Counted from the first letter of the stretch, positions 1 through 13,016 are shown. The stretch is DNA of 64,000 nucleotides from Octopus sinensis (GCF_006345805.1 NC_043006.1:84754001-84818000); one strand, 5' to 3'. Notes: generated by a model not told the origin, from the sequence alone. A program made the numbers and translations.

Positions 1-337
1 TAAATTCTTCATTATATTCACAATTAAAACAAAGGCTGTATATTTCAATAGAGGCATGACAAAGAAAGGGTTGAAGTTTGAGGTTTCTATTGACATATTA
101 AGTGTCAGCTTGAAGCTAAATGGGTTGCCTCCTTAGCAAATATGAAATAACAAAAGAGCTCTAACCAAGAAAGTAGATCAAGCCAATGAGAGCATTTTAA
201 GTAGTCAGCTGACATAACAGAAATAGTAGACAAACAACCCTCAAGTTGTCAAAGCCCACAAGGGAGTGTCTACATGATTGCATGATCTGCTAGATATAGC
301 ATCCAAATCTTCCTTGAATCACACCCTGCTCTCTTAA

Positions 338-757
338 TCCTTTAGCATTTAACCCTTTAGTGTTCAGATTATTCTATCTTGAATTAATCATGCATTATCT
401 CATATCTTCAAGAGCTTAATGGTGTAATTACTTAATGTAGAATAACATTGTAGGGCAGGTGTGAGGGCTTGGATCTGGTCAGTTTGAACATAAAACAGAT
501 TAAATATTTTGGCCAAATATGGCCGGTTAAAATACTAAAGGGTTAAGCAGACCATACCTAGTCAAAATATTCCGTCTGTTTTATGTTCATACTGACCAGA
601 TCCAGCCTCTCACACCTACCCTAAAATGTCATTTAAAAAAATAAACAATCACATCATCAAAATTGAAATCTCAAAGATATGAGATAATGCAGGATTAATT
701 CAAAACAATGAAAATAAATAAAGTATAACATTAGACAGCGGAATCTGAATGCTAGAG
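338..757. mobile_element. TTAA-flanked piggyBac-type MITE (family H), outer copy
   Basis: TTAA at 334-337 and 758-761. Ends tcctttagca...tgctagag. Body matches the copy at 46127-46296. Confidence 0.7.
353..542. mobile_element. MITE family H, inner copy nested in inverted orientation
   Basis: TIRs ccctttagt / actaaaggg with TTAA at 349-352 and 543-546. Body is the reverse complement of 547-757. Confidence 0.75.
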
Positions 758-860
758 TTAATAAAAAGGGATACATTGGACAATGTAGGTCCTCATATAC
801 AAAAAGATGAGATGGTCACCTTTGAGATGTCACTGAACATGGGGCTAAACAATAATAATG

Positions 861-900
<40 letters not shown>

Positions 901-902
<2 letters not shown>

Positions 903-1073
903 CGCAGGAGTGGCTGTATGGTAAGTAGCTTGCTAACCAACCACATGGTTCTGGGTTCATTCCCACTGCATGGCATCTTGGGCAAGTGTCTTCCACTATA
1001 GCCTCGGGCCGACCAAAGCCTTGTGAGTGGATTTGGTAGACAGAAACTGAAAGAAGCCCGTCGTATATATATA

Positions 1074-1108
<35 letters not shown>

Positions 1109-1322
1109 GTATGTATGTGTATATGTTTGTCCCCCCAACATCGCTTGACAACTGATGCTGGTGTGTTTACGTCCCCATAACTTAGCGGTTCAACAAAAGG
1201 GATGTGTTTATGTCCCTGTAACTTAACGGTTCAGCAAAAAAGACCAATAGAATAAGTACTAGGCTTACAAAGAATAAGTCCTGGGGTTGATTTGCTTGAC
1301 TAAGGGCAGTGCTCCAGCATGA
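901..1322 (+). mobile_element. tRNA-derived SINE, family A (CORE-like centre)
   Basis: Head ggcgcaggagtggctgt.tggtaag (A box), gggttca.tccc (B box), then cttgggcaagtgtctt and an internal (TA)n. More than 15 similar copies in the window. Internal ~37-bp duplication at 1163-1240. Confidence 0.85.
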
Positions 1323-1598
1323 TGATATGTTTGTATATAAAACAGTCGCATTTATAATTTCAGCTGAAGATTCCAAAAGAATTAACCTCCATTAAGCTCT
1401 GTTCCAATTCTTCCCAAATTAGGAATGAAAAAATCTAACAGCAAAAATACAATACTGGAATGGAAAACATAAGGTTGAAGAATACAGACACATACATATA
1501 CTATACAACACACACATACATGTACACATACTACATATGCACACTAAACACACATACACACATTACATATACAGTATAACATATATATATACATACAT

Positions 1599-1642
<44 letters not shown>

Positions 1643-2134
1643 CATACGTTACATACATATACACATACTAAACATACGCACACATAAGTACACAGAAACT
1701 TAATGCAGACTGTACATGGAAAGAATACACACACAGACACATATATATATATATACCATACATATTAAACACACACACACACATAGCATACACTATGCAC
1801 ACACCAACACACATCATACATACTATATGCACACACACAGACATGCGCATACATACACACACAGACATACACGTATACACATGTACACACACGTGGAGAG
1901 GCTTTTGGTTTATGACCATAACCATGTTGCATGTGTCAGTAATAAAAGTCTGTTGTATCTTAGTAATCAATTATCTTGATATGAAGACAAACAAACAATA
2001 TGACAAACGAGCCAACAAGATAGATCCATACTTTGAGATAATGGAATCTTTTTGCTTTAACATAACCGATGCCAAGGAACTTAAGACAGAAAGAAATCGG
2101 ATAAGAACTAGTTCCAAGAGTGTTAGATATGTTT

Positions 2135-2375
2135 TATTTACTTCTATCTTTTACTTGTTTCAGTCATGAGACTGCGGCCATGCTGGGGCACCACTTTGAA
2201 AGGTTTTAGTAAAAAAAAAAATCAGCCCCAGTATTATTAAGTTTCTTTTAAGTCTTACTCTGTTGGTCTCTTTTCCCAAACAGCTATGTTATGGGGATAT
2301 AAACAAACCAACACTGGTTGCCAAGTGTTTGTGGAGACAAAGATAAAGACAGACAAACACACATACACCCACAAC
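2135..2375 (-). mobile_element. SINE family A-related, 3' portion
   Basis: ttttacttgtttcagtcat..gactgcggccatgctgg is the reverse complement of the family A 3' end. Confidence 0.7.
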
Positions 2376-2508
2376 CTAGCAGGTTTGCCATGCAGAGACA
2401 CTCTTGTTGGCTCACTAGACAGAGGGCCCTAATTGGCTTGGCCCACCAAATAGATACACCCTTATGGTCAGCTTCATAGAGATACCCTTGATTACCTATA
2501 AAAACAAT

Positions 2509-2846
2509 GGGTAAAGACCCCCTTCGGTCATGAATGACCATGCGATTGCACCTAGAAAGTTCCCCTCCTAGGTACAAATCCAGGCAAAGTTTTTTTTATG
2601 GAAGACCAGCAGTCACTCATGCATATCAGCCTCCTTTCTCCATACCACTGATGTTATCCAAGGGAAAGGCAAAGTCTGATACAGCTTGGCAACAGTGACG
2701 TCGCAACTCATTTCTACAGCTGAGTGAACTGAAGCAACATGAAATAAAGTGTCTTGCTCAAGAACAAGACACACAGCCCGGTCCGAGAAACGAACTAACT
2801 ACCTAATGACTGAGCCTGATGCTAGAACCACTGAGCCATGTGCCAT
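2509..2846 (-). mobile_element. tRNA-derived SINE, family D
   Basis: Reverse complement gives tggctcagtggttctagc...gagcaagacactttatttca...cactcagctgtagaaatgagttgc. Matches 24788, 42050 and 46607. Confidence 0.8.
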
Positions 2847-3094
2847 CACAAGTTACCCATAGAAGCATCCCGTTAGCACACTCCAAAGAGACAACCTTAT
2901 TGGATCACTCAGTTAGAGAGACCCTTGTTTGGGTAACCCTGTATAGACACCTTTGTATGTCCACTGCATAAAAGCTTTCCCATTGGTTAGTGAAGCCAAT
3001 AGAGACCCTCTTATTTGCACACACACACACACACACTCTCTCTCTCTCCTCATGTATTTCTTATGTGGGTGTCATTTCTCAAATCAAATTCAAT

Positions 3095-3513
3095 GACTGG
3101 CATACGTGCTAGTGGGGTGCAAATAGCACCATACGAGTGTGATCGTTGCCAGAGTGGCTAACTGGCTTCCATGCTGGTGGCACGTAAAAGGCACTATGCA
3201 AGCATGATTGTTACCAGCGTCGCCTTACTGGTATCTGTGCCGGTGGCATGGTGGTATGTGTAAAAAGATTCGAGCGAGGTCGTTGCCAGTACTGCCTGAC
3301 TGGCCCCTGTGCTGGTGGCATGTAAAAAGTACCCATTATACTCTTGGAGTGGTTGGCGTTAGGAAGGGCATCCAGCTGTAGAAACACTGCCAGATCAAGA
3401 TTGGAGCCTGTGGTGCTGCCATCTGGTTCGCCAGCCCTCAGTCAAAATCGTCCAACCCATGCTAGCATGGAAAGCGGATGTTAAACAATGATGATGATGA
3501 TGATGATGATGAT
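3095..3513 (+). mobile_element. RTE-LINE 3' end or non-autonomous derivative (family C)
   Basis: ggagtggttggcgttaggaagggcatccagctgtagaaac...cccatgctagcatggaaagcgga.gttaaac plus (GAT)n tail. Same as the 3' UTR of the RTE at 52278-53400. Confidence 0.8.
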
Positions 3514-4620
3514 TTGAGAAGTTCATTAAGAAAAAATATATATCTATCTTCTACCCTCTATAATAACAAGTTCTACTGAAATGTATAAAAGGCTTGAAAG
3601 GAAGCACATGAGACACTTTAGCCATTTGACCCTCCCTCACCTCCACTGCCCACAACAACACATCCTTTGTCACGTTTCCTTCTTTTGTCTTTATTTATTC
3701 TTTTACATGTTTCAGTCATTTTACTGCGGCCATGCTGGAGCACCATTTTCTTTTCTTTTACTTTTGCAGCAGTTTATTAACTGGAGTAGATTTCAAGAAT
3801 AACTATGGCCCCTGCTTCCATCCTTCACCCCTGTTTTTTCTCTCTTCTAGTAACTTCTACAAGATGAAAAGGGGTAGGGGACACATGCATAAAACTACAT
3901 GAAAAGCAAAAAAAAAAAAAAATTAACCATGTCTAACCATGCACACTCTCACACATATATACATACACATATACACATATACATGCATATATGCACATAC
4001 ACACACACACACTTATGTACATATATTTGCATTCATACACACATGCACACATATACACGTATATATACACACATATACATAAACACATACATAAACACAG
4101 ACATAAATCACACACACACACATACACACATACTCATTCACACATATACACAATCACAAATATATACCCTGCATGACTGAATGATTTCATTGACCTTTTC
4201 ATAAATCCATATCATTTTCTTTATTGATCAAATATAAGATGTTTCAGTTTGACCTTAACAATATGCAACAATACTGTAAATACTAGTAATGTAGGAGGGG
4301 AAAAGGGGGTAGCTATAGGGGCCAGCTAAGGAAAAAACCCTTTAAAAATTCGTTTTTTTCTCTCTTAGCTGTAAAGCTTCTGCAAATGAACAAACTTTTC
4401 CTTCAACGCATGCATGCACACATGCACAAGTATACACTCACATATGAATTCATAAACACGTGTCCAAGCACAAACACACACGAACAGACATATACATGTG
4501 CATACATGCACATGTGTATATGCAAGCATGCACACACCCATACACATGCACCCACACAGATATGCAGTGAGCATATTTCTGATATGAATTAACATATTGT
4601 CTTATGAGTTTTCCATCTTA

Positions 4621-4992
4621 CAGGTGTTGGACAAAATAATGGAAACACCTAGTATCATAGCATCATAATTTTGAAATATCTATAAAACCGCCAAAAGCTT
4701 GTTTATTTTTATGTTTTTTGATTTATTGTTAGTGTTACTTAATGTGTTTTGCTAAACTTGCTGTTTCTTTTCAGATATCATCAGAAAAAGGTAATTAAAA
4801 TTCATTAAAATGACAGATCTATCGGACATTCAAAGAGGTCAAATTGTTGGTGTTTGTATGGTAGGCACTAGCGTAATGAAAACAGCCAAAATGTTTGGTG
4901 TATCAAGAAGTACTGTCTCAAAAATAACTACGGCCTTTGAGAAAGAGGGAAAAAACTCCTCACTGAAACAAAACTCCGGAAGAAAACCAAAA
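4621..4992 (+). mobile_element. Tc1-family transposon 5' fragment (left end plus transposase N-terminal HTH)
   Basis: TA|caggtgttggacaaaataatggaaacacct terminus. ORF 4810-4995 MTDLSDIQRGQIVG...FGVSRSTVSK...SGRKPK has a paired-like HTH and GRPR-like motif. Truncated at a (GATA)n tract. Confidence 0.85.
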
Positions 4993-5243
4993 TAATACAT
5001 AGATAGATTGATAAATAGATAAATAGATAGATAGATAGACAGACAGATATGTAGATAGATTGTATCAGCATTTCCCAACTGGAATTCTTCAGAAGCTTAG
5101 GGCTCCGTAAGATGTTGTAGAGGTTCCATGAGAAATAGTGACAAATAGGTTAATTTAAGCTAATTATATGCAAATGTATGTATTTTTGAGTCATTTTTGT
5201 ATTAAAGTCTGTTCCTAATACTATTATGCATGCATATATAATG

Positions 5244-5736
5244 AGGTGCAGGTGTGACTGTATGGGTAAGAGGCTTGCCTTTGAAAGATGCAATTTCAAG
5301 TTCAGTCCCACTGTATGGCACCTTGTTCTTGGGTAAGTATTATCAGCTTTAGCCCTCAGCAGACCAAAGCTTTGTGAGTGGATTTGGTAGATGGAAACTG
5401 AAAGAAGCCATCATATATATGTGTGTGTGTGTGTGATGCTTGAGAAGAAGACCCATCAAGCCTAGCAACATTGCAGTTGTGAGAGATACTGGTGTCAAGC
5501 AAATTGGCACTTGTGCCAGTGGCACATAAAAGCACCCCAATGTTACACAAATGGCACCCGTGCTGGTGGCATGTAAAAGCACCCATTACACACTTGGAGT
5601 GGATGGCATTAAAAAGGGCATCCAGCTGTAGAACACTTTGCCAAATCAGACTGGAGTCTGGTACAGCCTTCCAGTATGCCAGCCCAGTCAAACCATCCAA
5701 CCCATGCCATGGACAACAAACGTTAAATAGTGATGA
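5244..5736 (+). mobile_element. SINE A head followed by a family C (RTE) tail
   Basis: A-type head at 5244-5415, then (TG)n, then family C 3' sequence ending gttaaatagtgatgat. Confidence 0.6.
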
Positions 5737-5811
5737 TATATATATATATATGCACACACATATAAATATGCATATACATATACACACATATATGTATATA
5801 TATATATATAT

Positions 5812-6012
5812 GGTTCAAATGTATGAAAAACAGAAGACAGAGACAGGTAAGGGAACAAAAAAGTGTATTAGTTTGACACTCAGGAAAAATTAAAAAGTCT
5901 TTGATATTTCAAGCCTATGCTCTTCAACAGAAAGGAATGAGGAAAGAAAACACATAGAAAGAAAAAAAAATAGAGAAAAAAAATTCTCTGGATTAGCAGT
6001 TTCACATACCAA
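5812..6012 (-). mobile_element. Microsatellite-embedded repeat, probably Penelope-like derived
   Basis: Homologous to 38480-38680 (gtgtattagt.tgac.ctcaggaa...gtcttt..c.tttc.agcctatgctcttc.acagaaagg). Flanked by TA/TG microsatellites, with a hammerhead-like motif on the minus strand. Confidence 0.5.
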
Positions 6013-6017
6013 ATGTT

Positions 6018-6054
<37 letters not shown>

Positions 6055-6056
<2 letters not shown>

Positions 6057-6463
6057 GTGCAGGAGTGGCTGTGTGGCAAGTAGCTTGCTTACCAACTACG
6101 TGGTTTCAGGTTCAGTCCCACTGCATGGCACCTTGGGCAAGTGTCTTCTACTATAGCCTTGGGCCAACCAAAGCCTTGTGAGTGTATTTGGTAGATGAAA
6201 ACTGAAAGAAGCCCGTCGTATATATGTATATGGATATATATATATGTGAGTGTGTTTGTGTGTCTGTGTTTGTCCCTTCAACATCGCTTGACAACCGACG
6301 CTGGTGTATTTACGTCCCCATAACTTAGCGGTTCAGCAAAAGAGACTGATAGAATAAGTACTAGGCTTACAAAGAATATGTCCTGGGGTCGACTTGCTCG
6401 ACAAAGGTGGTGCTCCAGCATGGCCACAGTCAAATGACTGAAAGAAGTAAAAGAGAGTAAAGA
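6055..6463 (+). mobile_element. SINE family A, full length
   Basis: Complete head through to the tggccacagtcaaatgactgaaa..agtaaaagag 3' end. Confidence 0.85.
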
Positions 6464-6569
6464 GTATATATATATATATAGAGAGAGAGAGAGACAGGGA
6501 AACAGACAGGTGAAACTCTGAGTTACAGTTTGTGAAATCTTTTAGCTTCAATAAAATAAAACACAGATA

Positions 6570-6786
6570 AAGGGTAAAAAGGGTGAAGATCCCCATCAGT
6601 CATGAATAACGATGGAATTGCACCCAGAAAGTTCCCAGCCAAGGCACAAGTTCGAGCAAGGTTGTTTGTGGAAGACCAGCCGTTGCCCATGCAAACTAGC
6701 CTTCCCTTTCCGTGTCCCCCGATGTTATTGAAGGGAAAGGCAATGGCCAAACAGCTTGGTACCAGTGATGTTGCAACTCATTTCTG
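6570..6786 (-). mobile_element. SINE family D, 3' half
   Basis: Matches 2509-2715. Confidence 0.75.
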
Positions 6787-7148
6787 GGAATTGAACTCAC
6801 AACCTCACATACAAAATACACAAAAATGTGCACAGACACACACATACACAAATCTATACATACATATATTAGAAGGTTTTGAGATGATGTACAGGTGTTT
6901 TATATTAGAAGAAATGAGGTATTCAGAAATTCGGATGGTTTTATATTTACAGATATTTATTTGTATGTTACATGTTTTTATATATCATATAACCTATATC
7001 ATATATCATATATTAGTGCTTTTGTTCATTCTGGTGGATTTTTCAAATGGAACTAAGTTCCTGTGGAAAAATTTTGACCATTTTATATTGTTGTTGAGTG
7101 TGTAGTGGTGGGGAGGGATATATATATATATATATATATTATATATAC

Positions 7149-7192
<44 letters not shown>

Positions 7193-7479
7193 CAGAAATA
7201 CAACTACACACACTTGAACACAAAGATATAGACAAAATATAAGGATCCCTGATGTATAGAATGATTGTGATGTTTAAATTATTCTTTAGTTATTGATCCA
7301 GTTTGGTTTGTTTGTTTTTATCTTAGAGTTCTTCCCTATCTCCAGCTTTGTCTCATTTCTGTATTACCGATATATCTTCGAATATTTGATAAATGCCAAC
7401 GGAGAAATTTAAACGTGTTCGCTGAAGAGAAAAAAAAAAATTTAGACGTACTCGCCTTTCTTCGAATAAGAACAAAGAT

Positions 7480-7800
7480 GGTACTGAAGATGACAAAGTT
7501 GATGATGAAAATGATGATAATGATGGTGGTTGCAGTGGTGTTGATGATGATAATGACAGTGATGATGATGATGATGATGATGACAATGATGACAACCAAA
7601 ATGATGAAGACAATTTTGGTGGTGGTGGTAGTGGTGATGGTGGTAGGTATGTTGGTGATAGTTATGATGATGATGATGACAACGATTATAACAATAATGA
7701 AAGTGGTGATGGTAGTGGTGGTGTGGATGATGATAATGGTGGTGGTGATGGTGGTGAAGGTGGTGGGGATGTGGTGATGGTGATAACGAGGATGATGATG
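7480..7800. repeat. Degenerate (GAT)/(GGT) trinucleotide tract
   Basis: Directly visible. Confidence 0.9.
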
Positions 7801-8769
7801 AGGCTAATCAAGTAAGAAACCTATACATCAAACAAAATCATTACCAGTATCACTATTATTATTACTATTATTATTATTATTAATAGTACAAAGCATTGTT
7901 AATAATACTTAGAGGTGTTATTTTAATAAGTGCCATTGAAATGAATCTGAGAGACACCCAAGAGTCTGAGAATGACAGTAGGCGTCAACTGTGTGTGTGT
8001 GTGTGTGTGTGTATGTATCCATCTTTTTCTACTTTTTAAATTTACTTTTGGGCTGCTCTTTTCCTTCTTTGTTTTTTTTTATTCAAAATCTATATTCCGA
8101 AAATTCATAAAGCATTGTTCCGTCGCATCTCAAAGACACCGAGAACAATTCAATCCTATCTTAATATCTTCCAGACATCGTAGAATTCTCTTCATTGCTT
8201 TTGTTATTTCTCGCTCTCCCCCCACCCCCAAAAGCAAAGACAAAAAACAACCTCTTTCTCTTAATTCCCTGTCATTTTTTGTCTCCTTCATCTCACTTCC
8301 TCACCTTACTCTCTCTCTTTCTCTCTCTCTCTTTTGCTTTGCACTTTTCCTTCCGCTGTAAAAATTCAAATTCCATTTAAAATTTTAAGATCTGCAAGAA
8401 CTAATATGCAATGCCAAACCACTCCATTTATTCAGTGTAGAAGGCAAATCTCTCTCTCTCATTAAATTCCTCACTCTTCCTTTTTCCTTTTACTTCAACA
8501 ATGACATCAACAGCAAAGGAAACGTCTAGCCTGGTGATGCGCAATCTGTACCCTGACAAGCTATCTGGCTTTTGATGTTATCCATAAACACATACACACT
8601 ATAAGTAGTTTCCAGCGATTTTGCTGCGACACTTGCACTGTTCCCTTCTTGAAATTCATAAAGTGTGACGAATATTTACAACAACTTCAATTATGATAAA
8701 ATTCATGTGCAGGAGTGGTTGTGTGGTAAGTAGCGTGCTTACCAACCACACGGTTCCGGATTCATAAAA

Positions 8770-8800
8770 ACATACATGGATATATACATGTGTATATATC

Positions 8801-8873
<73 letters not shown>

Positions 8874-9015
8874 GCGTGTGTGTGTGTGTATATACATACA
8901 TATAAATGCATATATATATATATATACATACATGCATATATATATACATACGTACATATACATGCATATATATATACATACATATATATATATATATTTA
9001 TGCACACACACACAC

Positions 9016-9072
<57 letters not shown>

Positions 9073-9118
9073 TATAACTACATTTATATATAAATACATA
9101 TACACACACACACGTATA
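8770..9118. repeat. Compound (TA)n/(CA)n microsatellite between SINE A fragments
   Basis: Directly visible. SINE A head at 8706-8765 (+) and a minus-strand fragment at 9118-9230. Confidence 0.9.
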
Positions 9119-10364
9119 TGATGAGTTCCTTTCAGTTTCCATCACTACCAAATTCACTCACAAGGTGCCACCCAGTGGGACTGAACCTGGAACCATGTGG
9201 TTGAGAAGCAAGCTTCTCACCCCAACCACTGATGTATTCAACCAAATCAATCCTTTACTCAGTTGTCATTCCTCCGAAAATCCTACGAACCATATTCACA
9301 CAAATCACACTCTCCAGTCTCAAAAAGAGAAGGCCACATTTTAACATTGCCATCCTATATATTTCCGGGGTTATGGTCATGGTTGGAATACCTTATACAG
9401 AGCCAGCCATGATATGTGTGTGTGTGGTGGGTGTAGAGCTAAGCTATGGTGCAAATGACAAAAACCATCAAGTTATGGAACCATGCTTTGAAATAATGGT
9501 AAACGTTCATATCATATTACTGCTATCATTTTCACTCTTACTTACACATCACTTGCTCACTCATCACTCTTTCACCCATTACTCACTCACTCATCACTCA
9601 TTAGTCACTTATTCTCACTCACTCCCTCACTCATTCATCACTCATCATTCATTCATCATTCACTCATCATTCTTCCATCACTCATTCACCACTCATTCAT
9701 CAGTTTACTCATCACTCACTCGCCCACCCACTCACCCACTCACTCACAAACCTTTTATTTAGACATAATCTGGAAAGTGCTAATATTTCAGAAGATCTTG
9801 GAGAGGTAAAGAGGCCAAAGCAGGATTATTACATATTCTGTTTTAGAATTTGCAACCAAAGAGAGAGAGGGGGGGGAAGAAAGAGAGAGAGAGAGAGAGG
9901 TGGGGATTATGGAATGGTAATGAGAGAATTGCATTAACAGACAGGAAAGGTGGATTGAGATAATTCTAGAAATATTTAAGGCTGCAGGAATAGAATTGGT
10001 GCAGAAGTGAAATGTGGCGTCATGCAGTTTGTGTGCAATGGTGTGTGTGTGAGTGTGTGTATGGGTGTGTATGGGTGTGTTACAATGTGGATATAAATAT
10101 GTATGAGTGAGAGTAAAAGTGAGCCTGTATGCGTGTGAGAGAGAGATAGAGAGAGAGAGAGAGATAAAGAGAAAGAAAAATAGAAAAAAGCAGAGAAAAA
10201 TGAGGAAGAGAGAGAGAAAAAAGTGTTGAATTATTAGTGTGAAGGTGAGGGAGACAGAAGGATGTGTATATATATATATATATACATACACCCACACATA
10301 CATATATATATAGAGAGAAAGAGAGTGACAAAGAGGGGGAGAGAGAGAGAAATAGTTATATAAA

Positions 10365-10402
<38 letters not shown>

Positions 10403-10406
<4 letters not shown>

Positions 10407-10805
10407 GTGAAATAGAAAGATGAATAATCTTGTAGTAGATTAATCAAAAGTTTAACCGGTACCTTGGTAGCAAAAATCACAGCAGTAAACAGCACGGTTG
10501 GAGGTACAACCATATGGTGTTGCAACCGTGCGTTGGTGCGGATAATTGAAATTAAAATATTATTGGTGAATTGAAGAAATGGAGCTGAACGAAGATTGAA
10601 CAGAAATCGTTTTATTTCATTCTACACGTGTTTCGAAAGGCACAATTTACCAAAATCCGATTGAATAATGGGACCATATTGTGTCTTTATGGTCCCATTA
10701 TTCAATCGGATTTTGGTAAATTGTGCCTTTCGAAACACGTGTAGAATGAAATAAAACGATTTCTGTTCAATCTTCGTTCAGCTCCATTTCTTCAATTCAC
10801 CAATA

Positions 10806-10813
<8 letters not shown>
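10403..10813. mobile_element. (TA)n-embedded fold-back element with a perfect 126-bp inverted repeat (Penelope-like pLTR fragment)
   Basis: Arms 10553-10678 and 10688-10813 are exact reverse complements with a 9-nt loop. Each arm has GAAACACGTGTA (hammerhead 3' half) followed by AATAAA. Confidence 0.7.
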
Positions 10814-10882
<69 letters not shown>

Positions 10883-11107
10883 GTATATATATGTGTGTGT
10901 ATATTATATTCCTCTATGTTATATTTTAATAATTACTGGTATCTTTATATATTAATACCTTTTTATATGTAAAGCATAATATGTTCTACATGTATGTATA
11001 TTTTTGTAATTGTCATTTTAGTAAATAAATAAATAAGTTGACATAAGATAATATAATGTCTAAAAGTTGATGAACCACCTATTGATCCCCTCAATTTTCT
11101 TATTGCC

Positions 11108-11163
<56 letters not shown>

Positions 11164-11704
11164 AGAGAGACAGACATACAGACAGACTGACAGAGAGAGA
11201 AAGAGATAACTAAAGAGAGTGTGGAGAGTGAGAAACTGTAGACCCTTGAAGTATTTTATTACATCTGTCAGTATTTTGAGTTCAAACTCAGCCAGAGTCG
11301 ACCTTTGCATTGATATCCAAGACCATTGTTATAAAAAATACCAGACTGAGGTTGAGTGAATCAAATTATATGTCTACAAAGTACATCAACTTGCTAGAAA
11401 TACCAACTATATTCCCATGAATTACACTCTACTGTCCTAAAAAAATTAGAAGGTCACACTTGGACAATGCCATTTTATATTCTTCTATAGTCATGGCCAT
11501 GGTTGGAATGCTTTATACAGGGCCAGCCTGTATAAGTAGAAATCATCTACTTATGAGCTATGCTTTGAAAAAAATGTTAAATGTCCTGTACCATTTTTAT
11601 CAGGTCCTTCTTGGAGCTTAGCAAGATAAAGAGGGGAAAAACAAGAAGCAGTAGAAAGAGAGTTCTAGAAGGAATGGTAGAGATGGTAGGGGATTAAGGC
11701 AGAT

Positions 11705-11985
11705 GGGTCAAGCTTAGCTGTGTGGTCAGAAGTTTGCTGCCCAGCCACATGGTTCCAAGTTCAGTCCCGCTGCATGGCCCCTTGGGTAATTATCTTTTGT
11801 TGTAGCCTCGGGCTAACCAAAGCCTTGTGAGTGGATTTGGCAGATGGAAACTGAAAGAAGCCCATTGTATATATGTGTGTGAGTGTGCATATGTGTGTGT
11901 GTATTTGTGTCTGTGTCTGTCCCCCACCACTTCCTGACAACAAGTGCTGGTGAATTTATGTCCCTATAACTTAGCAGCTCAGAGA
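11705..11985 (+). mobile_element. SINE family A, diverged and 3'-truncated
   Basis: agccttgtgagtggatttgg.agatggaaactgaaagaagccc. Confidence 0.75.
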
Positions 11986-12442
11986 GAGACAGAGAGGCAG
12001 AGAGAGAGAGAGAGAGAGAGACAGAGGCAGAGACAGAAAGAAAGAAAGAAACAAACAAATAAACAAAGACGTAAGGTAAGTAGAAAAAGAATGCAAAAAA
12101 GAAATGGTTGATACTTAAGAATAGAAGCTAAAGTTAGAAAAATTAATAAAATGGATCAGGAAAATTGCAAAAATAAAAATGAAACAAAACAAGCAAAATT
12201 TAAATATAATTTAAAGCCAGACTTTCATTATTAAATTTGCAATCTTCTTATTTCAATTTTTTTAAATCTTTTCTTTTATTTTTCTGTTTTTAATTTCTTT
12301 GACTGTCCCCTTTGAAGAAAGTTTATTTTTAAAATTTACTCATTTTAATTCCAAAGTCTCCAGAGCATTAAAGAATTATAATGTTTTGGAAAATATAGAA
12401 ATTGATAAATAATAATATTTATTATTATTATTATTATTATTA

Positions 12443-12657
12443 TTTCTAATCTAGGCACAAGGCCTTGAAAATTTTTGGGGGAAGAGGGCTAGTCGATTAC
12501 ATTGACCCCAGTGTGTAAATGGATTTTATTTCATTGACCTCAAAAGAATGAAAGGCAAAGTTGACTTCAGCAGAATTTGAACTCAGGATGTAGTGGCAGA
12601 CAAAATGCTGTTGAGCATTTTGCCTGGCATGCTAACGATTCTGCCAGCTCACCACCT

Positions 12658-12688
<31 letters not shown>

Positions 12689-12731
12689 GATGATGATGAT
12701 GATGACGATGACGATGATGATGATGATGATG

Positions 12732-12764
<33 letters not shown>

Positions 12765-12980
12765 GCTTCAAATTTTGCCACAAAGACAGTCATTTTGGGG
12801 GAGGGTGTTAGATGATTACATCAACCTGTGCTTCACTGGTGCTTAATTCATCAACCCCAAAAGGATGAAAGGCAAAGTCGACCTCAGCAGAATTTAAACT
12901 TATATTGTAGTGACGGGGTTAAATACCGCTAAGCGTTTTGCCCAGCATTGCTAACAATTCTGCCAGCTTGCTGCCTTAAT
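12443..12980 (-). mobile_element. Two SINE family B copies (Meta-domain-like) separated by (AAT)/(GAT) tracts
   Basis: atgaaaggcaaagt.gac.tcagcagaattt.aact is the reverse complement of gagttcaaattc...gactttgcctttcat. Confidence 0.75.
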
Positions 12981-13016
12981 AATAATAATAAGAAAAAGAA
13001 TAATAATAATAATTTC

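Larger units (their letters stand above)
270..845 (+). repeat. Old interspersed repeat (family G), split by nested MITEs
   Basis: Motif gatctgctaga(a/t)atagc..ccaaatct.cc.t.aatcacaccct, resuming as aaaaagggatacattgga after 761. Similar motifs near 11390, 21105, 26945 and 58320-58400 (minus). Confidence 0.55.

Noticed and set aside
7336-7421. FKFLRWHLSNIRRYIGNTEM resembling a MyTH4 segment
   Set aside because: Too short, it ends in a stop codon, and no other myosin or FERM exons were seen.
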